64,000 bases of DNA from Carcharhinus longimanus (taxonomy: Eukaryota), in assembly GCA_030264375.1 (NCBI GenBank), contig JASCQW010000098.1, positions 53,524,996 through 53,588,995 of the forward strand. Direction: 5' to 3'. The position numbers and the translations under genes were made by a program. Each line of letters begins with the position of its first letter. The stretch's first letter is position 1. Of the stretch, positions 35,945-47,693 are shown piece after piece. A model generated the notes under the pieces. That model saw nothing but the letters and a program-made list of their open reading frames with translations. It had not been told where the DNA came from and searched no databases.

Positions 35945-37080
35945 GAGGGCATAATTTCAAACTTTAAAAGATGTTCTTCTCGTCTCAGTTTGAAGTGGCC
36001 TATCCCATTCCTGGGATTGTGACCTCTTTGTTCTGGACCCCCAGCTACAGGAAACAACATCCATGCTCCTACCAGTCCATCCAGCCTTGTCAGAATTATA
36101 TATATTTCAATGAGATCCCCTCATTATTCTAAATTCCAGTGAATACAAGGTGACTCTCTCTCTCATCATATGACAATCGTGCGATCCCATGGACCAGTCT
36201 GGTGAACTTGCACTGCACTCTCTCTGTATCAAGTATATTCTTTCTTAGATAAGCAGGCCAAAACTGCACACAGTACTCCAGATGTGGTCTCACCATGACT
36301 TTTTACAGCTGCAGTAAGACATCTTTGCTCCTGTACTCAAGTCCTGCTGCAGTGGAGCCCAACAAACCATTTGCCTTGCTATACTTGCATGCTTGTTTCC
36401 CATAATTGGTGTACAAGGACACTCAGGATCCTTTGCACATCAGCATTTCCCAATCTATCACCATTTAAATAATGTTCTGTCATTTGGTTTCTCTGTCCAA
36501 AGTGGATAACTTCACATTAATCTATATTATACTGCATCTGCCATGCACTTTCCCAATCACTAAACTTGCCTAAATTGCCTTAAAGCATCTTAACAGCCGC
36601 CTCACCACTCATTCCCATCAAGTTTAATGTCATCAGCAAATTTGGAAATATTACATTTGGTTCCCTCATCCAAATCATTCAGGTATATTGTTAATATTTT
36701 GGGCCGAAGCACTGATCTCTGTGCGACCCCACTAGTTTCTGCCTACCACTTTGAAAAAGACTAATGAGGAACTCTATAATGTTATGGCAACTGTTCCCTC
36801 AAGGACTCCAGACAACAAGATTATTAATTAATCCAGTCTCATTGCAAAATACCAAATCTAGGATAATGTGTTCCCTAGTTGGTTCCTCAGCATACTGGTC
36901 TTAAAAAAAAATCTTGAAAACACTCCAGGAATTCATCCGACGCAGTATTAATGATAATTTAGTTTGACCAATTTATATATACTTTAAAGTCACCTGTGAT
37001 TACTGTAGCATCCTACTTACATACATATTTAATTTCCTGTTCAATACCATCTCCTCCCTCACCACCACTGTTTGAAAAGA
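35945..37080 (-). mobile_element. Degraded CR1 LINE (ORF2 fragments)
   Basis: On + strand CATCAGCAAATTTGG (KFADD on -), CCAAAACTGCACACAGTACTCCAG (LEYCVQFW) and GTGACCTCTTTGTTCT (RGH). Confidence 0.8.
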
Positions 37081-37084
37081 CCTA

Positions 37085-37405
37085 TAAACATAAGAACATA
37101 AGAACGTAAGAAATAGGAGCAGGAGTAGGCCATCTAGCCCTTCGAGCCTGCCCCCCCATTCAGTAAGATCATGGCTGATCTGAAGTGGCTCAGTTCCACT
37201 TTCCCGCTTTCTCCCCATAACCCTTAATTCCCTTGCCTACCAAAAACCTATCTACCCGTGTCTTAAATATATTTAGCGAGGTAACCTCCACCACTTCAAC
37301 AGGCAGGGAATTCCAGAGATTCACCACCCTTTGAGTGAAGAAGTTCCTCCTCAACTCCATTCTAAACTGCACCCCACCTTATCTTGAGGATGTGCCCCCT
37401 AGTCC
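37085..37405 (-). mobile_element. CR1 LINE 3' end, comparatively young
   Basis: FRMELRRNFFTQRVVNLWNSLP...IKGYGEKAGKW, with a TTCTTATG-repeat tail. Confidence 0.9.
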
Positions 37406-38284
37406 TGAGATAGAGAATTGCCCATCAGGAGAATTACATTTCTCGCCGGAGAGATGACTGGAGGCTCAATGCAGCTTTCTATGTGGCTAGCAGCCAAGAA
37501 TTCCCTTCTTTACTGCTGAAGTCTGGAGCATTGTAATCAACAAAACAATGTGACACGTAGAATGTAACCAGCGACTCAGTGTTGCACAGACAGTGGGTGA
37601 AATGTTCCGACTATGGGAGTTTCCACTCCCTTCAAAATCAGCAGACTTTTGCATGGGTTGTCTCATTTTCCAGTCCCACCTCTCTGTGACGCGGCAATAA
37701 CATTGAGCATTCAGTATGACCAGGAATATTCCTGGACCTCAGCTACAACTTCCCAATCTCCCTTTCATTCCCATAATGCACAAGAATCTTTTTTTTACTC
37801 TAACATGGGTTGGGAGTGTCACTGGCAAGGACATCATTTGTTGCTCATCCCTAATTACTCTCCATTTTTGAATATACTTAATGGGCTAAGCATCCACCAG
37901 GTTAGAGAATTCCAAAGGTTCCCATCTATCTGAATAAATAAATTTCTCCTCATCTCACTCTTAAATGGCTGAGTCCTTATTTGGAGATTGCGGCCTGCTG
38001 CCTCTCAGCTCCCCAGCCAGGGAAATTGTTGTCCCAACATCTATCCTGACAACCTCAAGGATTCTATGCTTCAATGGAATCATCTCTCATCTTTCCAAAC
38101 TTCTCCCCATCCCCATTCTCCTCCTCACCCACCTCTCACCGCCTCAGAGCCTGCCAGGGGTCGGAAGGGAAATGTGAAAATCTGGCCCTAGAATTTTGAG
38201 TGCAACTGAGCACAAATCTGGTTTCCATATTCAGGCCTCCCTGAAGCTTCTGGCTTGATCAAACCTGGGCCAAACTGACTTTAG

Positions 38285-38510
38285 GATAAAAGCAAAATAC
38301 TGCGGATGCTGGAATCTGAAACAAAAAGAGAAAATGCTGGAAAATCTCAGCAGGTCTGACGGCATCTTTGGGGAGAGAGTAAAGCCAATGTTTTGAGTCT
38401 AGATGACTAGATGACAAAGGATCATCTCGACTTGAAATGTTGACTCCATTCTCGCCCCACAGATGCTGTCAAACCCGCTGAGATTTTTCAGCATTTTCTA
38501 TTTTGGTTTA
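38285..38510. mobile_element. Penelope-derived fold-back element
   Basis: Same family as 5773 and 10094, in opposite polarity. Short ACTTTA duplication at the flanks. Confidence 0.75.
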
Positions 38511-38589
38511 ACTTTAACTCCTTGGCCTTGTTTTGTTCAGGTTTGTAATAAGTGGAGCAAGACTTGAATTGGGAGCTGATTCATACATC

Positions 38590-38772
38590 ACGTATGTCCA
38601 AAGATATACAGGTTAGGTTGATTGGCCATAGTACACTGCCACTTAGTGTCAGGGGGACTAGCTCGGGTAAATGCATGGGCTAATAGAAATAGGTCTGAGT
38701 GGAACTGTGGTTGGTGCAGACTCGATGGGCTGAATGGCCTCCTTCTGCACTGCAGGATTCTACATTCTCTAT
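38590..38772 (+). mobile_element. HE1-type SINE 3' half
   Basis: CCAAAGATATACAGGTTAGGTTGATTGGCC...GACTCGATGGGCTGAATGGCCTCCTTCTGCACTG. Confidence 0.8.
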
Positions 38773-39480
38773 ATAGTTGCTGGGAGTAGGGATGGAGGGA
38801 ATCACACACACATTGTTGGATACCAGCTCAATGACCTGTCAAGGTGTAGAAGTTAACAATGCTTTTCAGTGGGTCTGTAACTGTAGAGCCCTAAAATCCA
38901 TGACTATAAAGCCGATATTAAATTCAATGTTGTTTTAAGTCTGTAGCTACCCACCGCCTGTGCATACATAATTGTCAGTAAAATGGACAAGTGCCTCACT
39001 CCAGCATGCCCAAAGCCTCTTTCTGCAAAATATTGCCTGGAATGAATGCAGAAAGTATTAAATAATCAATGTGCGTTGCATTATGTGATGTACTAGGAGA
39101 CTTGGTGCTCTGATGCAGCCATGGCCTCACTCCCCTTGCCTTTCACTGAGAGCTTGATGGCTCATTTCAGCTACGTGGAATGTGTACTAATCTTAATCTA
39201 AGATGCCTGTCAGTGTAATGTGTCAGGAGAAAAACTGAACAAAGAATCTATTCATCTCTTTGATCTGAAGGCATCAAAAGATACTTTCCATTTTTAATAA
39301 ATGTTGGTAGTTGTTTTCTTTTTGGTTGTCTTAATGTCCCCACCACCATTTAATTTGTACAGAATACAAGTGACCACGAATTGAGGGTTTATCCAATCCA
39401 CCCATCTGATCAGCTGTGTAATAAATCACAGTTATGAGCACGCAGTACTTGTAACCTCCTGCATTTGTTCTCATTTCCAG

Positions 39481-39552
39481 GACAATCATAAATTCAGGAC
39501 TCCGGTCGATCGCTCCACGAGCATTTGCCAAAAATCCTCACCTTCACTACAT
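39481..39552 (+). other. Candidate 72-nt non-coding or poison exon
   Basis: Acceptor atttgttctcatttccag, donor CAT|gtaagt, and a CpG cluster inside. Confidence 0.4.
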
Positions 39553-40069
39553 GTAAGTCATCCCAAGCTTAGATTGGGTTTATAGAGGGTTAGGAGCCGA
39601 GTGTTTAAATTCAGATGCTGAGGTAATAAAGATTACACTGTTCTACCATCCATTACTCGAGAGACCGAAAACAGCAGTGGCCCCAGAATTTTATTTCTTC
39701 TTCTTCTCTTTTTTTTTGTTAAATAAACATCCTCACGGAGTTTGAACAAGCTCGGTAAGATTTGTGAAGAAAAGACCTCGGTGGTTTTACAGGTCTGTTT
39801 GCACAGTCGAAAGAAAATACCAATGAGAAAGGATAATGGAATATTGTTTATTTATGAATGACAGGACAACTCTGACTTGTAGATATTCCACAGGCATCTG
39901 CACTGTCATGGGAGAGGTTATGACGATGTGAACAGTTCACACTTCTGCCAGGGAGATGTTCAGGCTGAATTTAAAAAGCCAGATGTTGATTGTCTTTCAT
40001 TTCTTTGCAATAAGAAGAGGAAAAAGGATGAGGAAAGGTGGTGTGATCCTTAACCTGAGGGGATCTTTT

Positions 40070-40375
40070 GGGTGGCACAGTGATTAGCACTGCTGCCTCA
40101 CAATGCCAGGGATCCGAGTTCGTTTCCCAGCTCGGGTCACTGTGCAGAATTTGCATGGTCTCCCCGTGTCTGCAGGGGTTTCTTCTGGTTTCCTCCTACA
40201 GTCCCAAGATGTGCTGGGTAGGTGGATTGGCCATGTTAAATTGCCCCTTCGTGTCAGGGGGACTTGCTGGGGTTAAATGCATGGGGTTTTGAGGATAAGG
40301 CCCAGTGGGATTGTGGTCAGTGCAGGCTTGATGGGCCATATGGTCTCTTTCTGCAATGTAGGGATTCTATTCTAT
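40070..40375 (+). mobile_element. Full-length HE1-type SINE
   Basis: GGGTGGCACAGTGATTAGCACTGCTGCC head through the GTAGGGATTCTATTCTAT tail. Confidence 0.85.
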
Positions 40376-40663
40376 TTTGCTGTGTTTTTAACAGGGGTGA
40401 CTTAATCGCAAGTGATGGATAAATCAGACAGATTCAATTTTCTAAAATTATGTATAAAGTGAGGCTAGGACTGTGCTGTAAAATGGAATATTCCTTTTGT
40501 CTTTTCATTCTGCATCTGCGTCTTCCTGGGTAGGAGAAAGGATTCTGGCTCTTTCACTCTGACAGTCATGGCTGCTGCATTCCCTTGGCAAGTTGTACTG
40601 TTCACAGTTCCCTGTTATTGATGGAAATGAGTTCCTGACCGAACTGCTTTCTCCTTTCGGCAG

Positions 40664-40693
40664 CTAAAGAGAGCAGCAGCGTGGAGTGGAAAG
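40664..40693 (+). CDS. Candidate alternative microexon (AKESSSVEWK); donor would lie in the gap
   Basis: Branch-like CTGAC plus ctttctcctttcggcag acceptor. 30 nt open in phase 1, ending AAG at the contig edge. Confidence 0.3.
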
Positions 40694-40793
40694 NNNNNNN
40701 NNNNNNNNNNNNNNNNNNNNNNNNNNNNNNNNNNNNNNNNNNNNNNNNNNNNNNNNNNNNNNNNNNNNNNNNNNNNNNNNNNNNNNNNNNNNN

Positions 40794-40962
40794 AGCATTT
40801 TTCCAACTACAGACGTTAAACTAACCGGCCTATAATTCCCTGCCTTTTGTCTGCTACCTTTTTTAAACAGTGGCGTAACATTAGCAATTTTCCAATCTTC
40901 CAGCACTTCCCCGGAGTCCAGCGAATTTTGATAAATAATTACTAAGGCATCCACTATCACCG
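40794..40962 (-). mobile_element. CR1 LINE RT N-terminal fragment
   Basis: DALVIIYQNSLDSGEVLEDWKIANVTPLFKKGSRQKAGNYRPVSLTSVVGKM. Confidence 0.9.
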
Positions 40963-40964
40963 TC

Positions 40965-41103
40965 ATCCTTACCCAATCTGTCCTAAATGTGGCTCCAGAA
41001 TCATAGCAATGTGGTTGACTCTCAACTGCACTTGGACAACTAGGGTTGGGCAATAAAGGCTGGCCAGCCAATGATGTCCAAATCCCATGAATGAATTAAA
41101 AAA
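40965..41103 (+). mobile_element. SINE family B 3' part
   Basis: GCAATGTGGTTGACTCTCAACTGC...CCCATGAATGAATTAAAA. Confidence 0.7.
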
Positions 41104-41381
41104 GACTCAGCTCTCAGCCTTGGTTACCCCATAACCACTTCTCTGTAATTGCAGTCATATCGAGCAGTGTAAATGCTGATTTTAAATATTAATGTGATAT
41201 TATTAGTGAGCCCCGGACACAATTGTCTGGACTCACTGGCCTTAATGACCTCGCCAGTAAGGACCTCCACCAATGGAGACCTGACGTGATGGACTCACCA
41301 GTGGGACCAGAGATCACTGAAGTCTCCTAGGTGGTCAGGGGAAGGCCTGTCCTTCCCAAGTATTGAATACTGCTGTATACA

Positions 41382-41530
41382 GGGGAGACGATGGCCAAGT
41401 GGTATTATTGCTAGAGTATTAATCCAGAAACTGGAGGCCCAGGTTCCAATGCCATCATGGCAAATGGTGGAATTTGAACTCAGTAAAAAAAATGTGGAAT
41501 TAAGAATCTACTGATGACCATGATGCCATT
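41382..41530 (+). mobile_element. SINE family B 5' part, inside a GC-rich DNA-element remnant
   Basis: GGAGACGATGGCCAAGTGGTATTATTGCTAGAGTATTAATCCAG head. Confidence 0.65.
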
Positions 41531-43080
41531 GGTCAGTGCCCATTGGGCAGTGCCAGCCTGGTACTGCAGCCTGGTACCCTAGCACCGCACACCAGGCACC
41601 AAGGGGGTGAGGCCTAAGGGCCTGCCTCCCAATCATGGCCCTGCCCCTTCAGGCCAGCCATCATAGGCTTGCTGGTCTGAAGGGGACAGGGCCATGATTG
41701 GACGGCAGTGGGAGTATATCTGCATCGGGGATTGACGTGAGCGGCAATCTCCTGGGATGGGAGGGCTGATTGGGCCCAGCGGTTAGCTGAGGGGTGAGCC
41801 ATGATTGGGCCAGCAATTGGGTGAAGTGATGTTTGATGATCGGGGGGAGAGAGAGGTGCAGTGTTTGGGGGAGTGGGGAGTGAGAGATCTCCCAGTGCTC
41901 TGTTCACAATTTTACACACTGCACGAGGAGATTGGAACGCATGAGCAACCGTGCCCCTAAAGCTCAACAGCTGGTTTCCTGGCATGAATAGACTCCACCC
42001 ACATGTCCTGCTGGCGGGAATAACATTAGGGACCTTTTTTTCTCTGAGTGCCATATGATTACATCAACAGCACTACCAAATATCCCTGCGAGGATATTGG
42101 TCCGAGTCCTGCTGAGGTGCAACCAGTCCTTCTTGTATATGTCCTATCTTCCCAGAATTGGTGGGTATTGGTGAGTTGGGGTGGAGAATCTAAAAGGTTA
42201 GGGTGGTGTTTTGGGGCTTGAGTTTGCATGATAGATACGAAGCTCATGGAGTTAACAGGAAGTAGATAGTGAATGATGAATTTTGAGGATTGAAGGCTAG
42301 CGGGCCAAGAGATGTCCTTGAGAACTGACAACTGTGGACACCTCCAAACTGCTCCCTGGGTGGTGAACTGAATCTGTCCTGCACCAGCCTCCCCACCCTA
42401 TCATACCAGAGTGAAAGTTGGATCTGACAGAGCACTTTCTATTAAGATGGGTTTGTCCAGTGTGGAAATATCCTGACTCAAGCCATCCACCTCAGTATCA
42501 AAAATTCATCCTAGAGTTTCTATTACTAGTTTCTGTTGATTTGCTCAAGTATTATTAGCACAAAAGATTGAGAATTAAACATAAAAGGCATGTCAAGTAA
42601 CTTTCTTTAATTTGTTTAAAATTAATTTCATACAAAGCCAGGACCACCCACAAAATTGATTTGGCCACAGTTTGATATTACGAGCCTGACAAGTTTCTGC
42701 TCATTGCACCTGTTTAAGAAAACTCATCAAATTGACTTTGTTTCTCTTGGCACTCAGGCACTAATGAGCATATTTTTATGTATCATAAATATTTAATTTA
42801 ACAGTACACTGACTAGTGTTTAGGATTGAAACCATTAAATGGCTCAGCATTGTTGTTATAGGTGTTATAGGTCATTATGAATGGTTCCACACAGGTTGAG
42901 GGCTAGCGTCTAGCTGCTACATCATCTTATTAGAAATGCTTAATTTCTTTACAATAAATCCATTTTCATCTCAATTAATAAAACGATATCTATTTACCAC
43001 ACTTAAATCATTGGGTAATTTTTTAACGTAAATAAGTATTTTATGATATTGACAGATTGTGTTGGTTTATAGAAGATTTA

Positions 43081-45400
43081 GGGGGCAATTCTCCCAGCCC
43101 ACTGTACTGCTTTGTAATGCAGCGGGCTGGGAGACATCAGAAGTGGTCGACTTGCAGGATTCACGCTGGGCATACAGGTGTCTGTGCATGTCCCAGCCTA
43201 AGTTTTCTCTTGTCGACGGATCCATGCTGAAAATCAGCGAAACACTGATTTGCAATCATTAACATACCTTCGCATGCTACTAGAATCTGTGACTAGAATC
43301 TCACTCCCGCTAGCTTCTCCCCCCACTCTGGCATAACATCACGTTGGTGGGGTTCACAACTGCTCTATAGAAGTAAGGAGCTTTGAACAGGGGTAAGGAG
43401 GTAGGTTTTATGGGGCTGCAGCCCCCGGACTGTGGGGGTGGTTGGAGGCAGGTCAGGAAAAATTCTGCTTGGTGTGGGGAAGTTCCTGGAGAGCTGGTGC
43501 TGTCCCTGGGCCCAGGGATGTTCCATGTAGTCTCTGTGGGATGGGATGGGGTCCTTTAACAAATGCTGGTCAGGCTGCTGTCTGTAGCTACTGGGCTGTT
43601 CCATTGTTCTGGCTGTGGGGTGTGATGAGGGACTGGACTGAGTGCTGAGGATTTGGGGGAAGTGCACCATGTGTTGCCCAAGGGCTCACCAATCAGGCAG
43701 CTGTTGCTGTAAGCAGAGGCATCAGGTTAACACAAACACTCATACTGCATATACTCTTCAGTGAATGGGAACGCATCTTGTGATAATTAGGAGTCTGTCC
43801 CTGCCCTGTGTCCCTGATCTGCAACCCATGCCTGGAAGGAAATGCTTTATTGCACTCATGGCAGTAGCTCAAGAGATCGCAATGGCCATGCCACACACCA
43901 ACTTACATGCTCTTCCTGCCTGCCATGTTCACAATGCCGATAGCAGGCAACTTAATCAGGTGACGCATGGCACTACAGATTGTGCTGTGTTGCCAGCATC
44001 CATAAGTGGGAGCAAGGGTCCCAGTGAGGGGTGGTGGGGATGGAAGAATGGAGGTGGTGCTGGGATAGTTGCAAGCAGTGACATATGTCTATCAATCTGT
44101 CTCTCTCTAACCCTGACTGTGCAGAATGGATCTCGGTCTTGTTGATCTAGAGCTGGCCATCATAGTGGTGGCTGAGGAGGAGACATGGCTCAGGCAGTGG
44201 AGGGAGTAAGTAGGCCACTCCAGGAGCAGCCAGTGGCAGGCTCTCAGGAAGGAGGGCAGGGAGTTGCCGGTGATACCCGAGATGGGAGAGCAATCTCCCG
44301 AAAGGGTGGCCAGGAGAAGGATGCAGAGGCCAAGGTAATATTGGACCAGTAGATTATTTGATGGCCCATAAGAGGCCATATGCGCCACCTGTCTAAGGAA
44401 ACTTGTGAGAGACGCTCGCGCACCTGGGACCTCAGTAGGGGAAGGCCACCTGCTCCCAGTAGAAGTTAAGGTGACGGCGGTACTTAACTTCTATGCAACA
44501 GGGTTGATCTAGGCACCCAGAGGGGACATTAGTGGAATCTTGCAGGCCTCAGTCCACAGATGTATTTGCCAGGTCACAGATGTTTTGTACGCCTGGGCAG
44601 GCCTTTACACCAATTTTGATGTTAGTCAGGTTCAGCAGGAGGCCCGGGCTGCAATCTTCGCAACCATTGCTATGTTCAGGGGGCAGTGGATGGAACACGC
44701 ATTGCACTGCGATTCCTGCAAGGTGAGGGGCAACTATTTATTAACAAGAATGGGGTTCCACTCACTGAATTTTCAATTGTATGTGACCATTGAATAAACA
44801 TCATGCAGGTCTGTGCACGCCACCCAAGGAACGTCCATAACAGCTATATGCTGGGCTAGTCTTCAAATAATCTGGCTCATCTTGGCTGACGACACCAGTG
44901 CAGAGGCCCGAGGTCGAGGTGGAGGCCCGCTACAATAAGGTCTGATTGTGCTGTCATAAGGTCTGTAGTGGAACGTTGCAAAGGCCTGCTGAAGATGCAG
45001 TTCTGCTGCCTGGACTGCTCTGGGGGTGCCCTCCAATATGACCCTGTGTGGGCCTCTGCACAATATTGCACAGCATCAGGGAAACTAGCTGAGAAGGAGG
45101 ATTGACACCATGCAGGAGTGGTTGATTGTCATGCAAGGAGTTGGAGGATGGAGGACAGGCATCGATGGAACGTGTCTGGCAGGGCAGGGCTGCAAAGGAG
45201 GCCTTGGTAGTAGCCTGCTTCATTCACATAGTTGATGCCATACAATCTGAAGGCTCCCAACACCCTTCCGCCACACCCCAGGAGCCACTGCAATCAAATC
45301 TTCCCCCCACCCCCCATCCCACAAGCCAAAGCTGGATCCCTAACCTACATGGCCCATCTCCTGCCCCACCCTCTCACACCCCATAACCATAGGGTTCTAA
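43081..45400 (+). mobile_element. PIF/Harbinger DNA transposon remnant with transposase pseudogene (about 44330-45240)
   Basis: Left end GGGGGCAATTCTCCC. Frameshifted motifs LPVEVKVTAVLNFYATG, QASVHRCICQVTDVL, VDGTRIALR, GFHSLNFQL, RSVVERCKGLLKMQFCCLD.SGGALQYDP (HARBI1-like DDE). Right end not found. Confidence 0.8.
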
Positions 45401-45634
45401 TGCCTGATTTTAGTTTTTCTCACTTGAGTTAGATAAACTCAACATAATCCAATGTTCAAACCTGATGCTTTTCTGGTATCTATTGGCATGTTCCACATCT
45501 GTATTTACCAAAGCCATTTGGAGTTATGTACTGAATTAAATCACCAGGTGACAGTTTCAGAATACCAATGCAGTTTCAGATTAGTTTTATATTGTTATAT
45601 TGTCAGATATGAAAATTAATTTGCAGAGTTTTTT

Positions 45635-46300
45635 TGATTTGATTTATTGTCAGATATTGTTATACAGTGAAAAGTGTTGTTGCGTGCTTTATAGATAAAG
45701 CATACCATTCATAGAGTAGAGAAGGAAAGAAGAGAGTGAAGAATATAGTGTTACAGTCATAGCTCTAGTGTAGAGAAAGATCCGCTTAATGTGGTCCATT
45801 CAAAAGTCTGATGGCACCAGGGAAGAAACTGTTCTTGAATTGGTTGATACATGTCCTCAGACCTTTGTACCTTTTTCCTAATGGAAGAAAGTGGAAGAGA
45901 GTACGTTCGGGGTGCGTGCTGTCCTTAATTATACTGGCTGATTTTCTGAAGCAGTGGGAAGTATAGACAATGGGTGGGAAGCTGGTTTGAGTGATGGATT
46001 AGGCTTCGTTCATAACTTTTTGTAGTTTTTTGCGGTCTAGGACAGAGTAGGAGTTGTACCAAGCTGTGATACAACCGGAAAGAATGCTTTTTATGGTGCA
46101 TCTGTAAAAATTGATGAGAGTCATAGCAGACATGCCAGATTTCCTTAGTCTTCTGAGAAAATAGAAGTGTTGGTGGATTTTTTTATCTGTAGCGTCAACA
46201 TGGAGGGACCAGGACAGTTGTTGGTGATCTGGACACCTGAAAACCTGAATCTCTCGACCATTTCTATCTCAGCCCCATTGATATAGACAGGGACATGTGT
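45635..46300 (-). mobile_element. Rex1/Babar LINE, 5'-truncated
   Basis: Collinear with 3251-3882; extends to PVYINGAEIEMVERFRFSGVQIT. Confidence 0.88.
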
Positions 46301-46717
46301 ATTATGTATTTTTTGTGAAGCAATGGTTCCAGAGATGTGAGAGATATTAGAACATGTTTTTCTCAGAGTGCTTGGAAATTGTTCCAGGTTTGTAATTGAA
46401 AATGTGTTGCAGGCGCAAAATCCCTTCAAGCTAGCGTTCAGGGGAAATAAATCCCCGTTGTAAAGTTTTTGCAACATCACAACTATTTGAAAGATTAATC
46501 TGTTAATGTTCTGTGTGGCATTTTTCAATATTGAAGACAATAAAAATATTTTTTAAAAAGCAAGTTTGGCACTATGGGAGGGTATTCATGTTTATATGCA
46601 TGATCAATGCCTATAGATTAGTCACAATCTTATTCAAGATTGGGAGGGGTAAAACAACCAGATTCCTTTCCTTCTTGTTACATCATTATATTGATAGAAG
46701 TGTATAGTGTAGATTTT

Positions 46718-47693
46718 GGGGGCGATCTTGAACACACAGGAATGACGGCGGGTACTCAAGATGCTCAAAATCGTGATCTCTGATTTTTGCCGCACTTCGC
46801 TGGTGATGTAATCAGGTTCACACCCAGACCAGGAGTGAACCTGATTTTAATACATTATAATAAATTCAAATATAATTAAAGACTCCACTTGCCATATATC
46901 CCCCTTTAGACATATTTTCAAAACTTGTCGACATGGCGTCATGCAGGTGAGGTTTACAGCAGGTAGAACCAGACGTGAACCTGTCAACAGAATCCACCCT
47001 ACAGCATAAAGGTCAGTATATCCTGGGGAGAAAGACATGGCCAGACGGTGGTCTGGTACTGCCAGGTTGCACATCTGGCAGTGCCAACCTGTATCAGGAA
47101 TCAGTCCTGGGACACACCCTTCTTCGAGCCTCATGGGGGTTGGGAGCAGACTCATTTATTTGTGGTGGTGGGCATTGAAGTAGAGATGTGGGAGCTGGGG
47201 ATGCTGGCATTGACTGGGGGTGTGTGCATGGGGTCTGATGCTAGTGATAGTGGAAAGGGAGTGAAGGCATTGACTCTTTGGAGGGGATGGCAAGTCCGAT
47301 ATCAGTGGTCTTCGGGGGCGGGGGGGGGAATGGGATAGCAGGAGCTGGCATTGCCTGTTTGTGTGTTTATAGAGGAGAATGGGGGAGGTGGGGGCGGTTC
47401 AGGGTGGAGGAGAGGAGCCACTCTAATCATGGCTGGTAGAGGGGTGGGGTAGCTTAGACCCTCTGTGGTGGGGGTGGGGGGGGTGATTATTTTTGCTCTG
47501 GTCAGGGTGCTCTTTAAAAAGTGTCTCAGTGCAGTTGTGTTTGGCCCTGCCCCTCAACATGACAATGTGAAACACGCCCCTTTTGTTTTTTTTGACAAAG
47601 TATCGGAAGATCTAGAGAGAAAACCAGCCTGTTTCTCTGGCGAGAAACACATCAGTTTTCAGTCAGAAATCTGACACTGGTAAAATTCTGCCC
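46718..47693. mobile_element. Harbinger-like non-autonomous element
   Basis: Ends GGGGGCGATCTT and GGTAAAATTCTGCCC, with a G-rich interior. Confidence 0.5.

Noticed and set aside
38885-38910. AAAATCCATGAC resembling 'KIHD' of the next DLG exon
   Set aside because: No RFEA before it, no LREQMM after it, and no splice sites.
44330-45240. Domesticated HARBI1-like nested gene
   Set aside because: Multiple stops, frameshifts and deletions; it is a decayed transposon.
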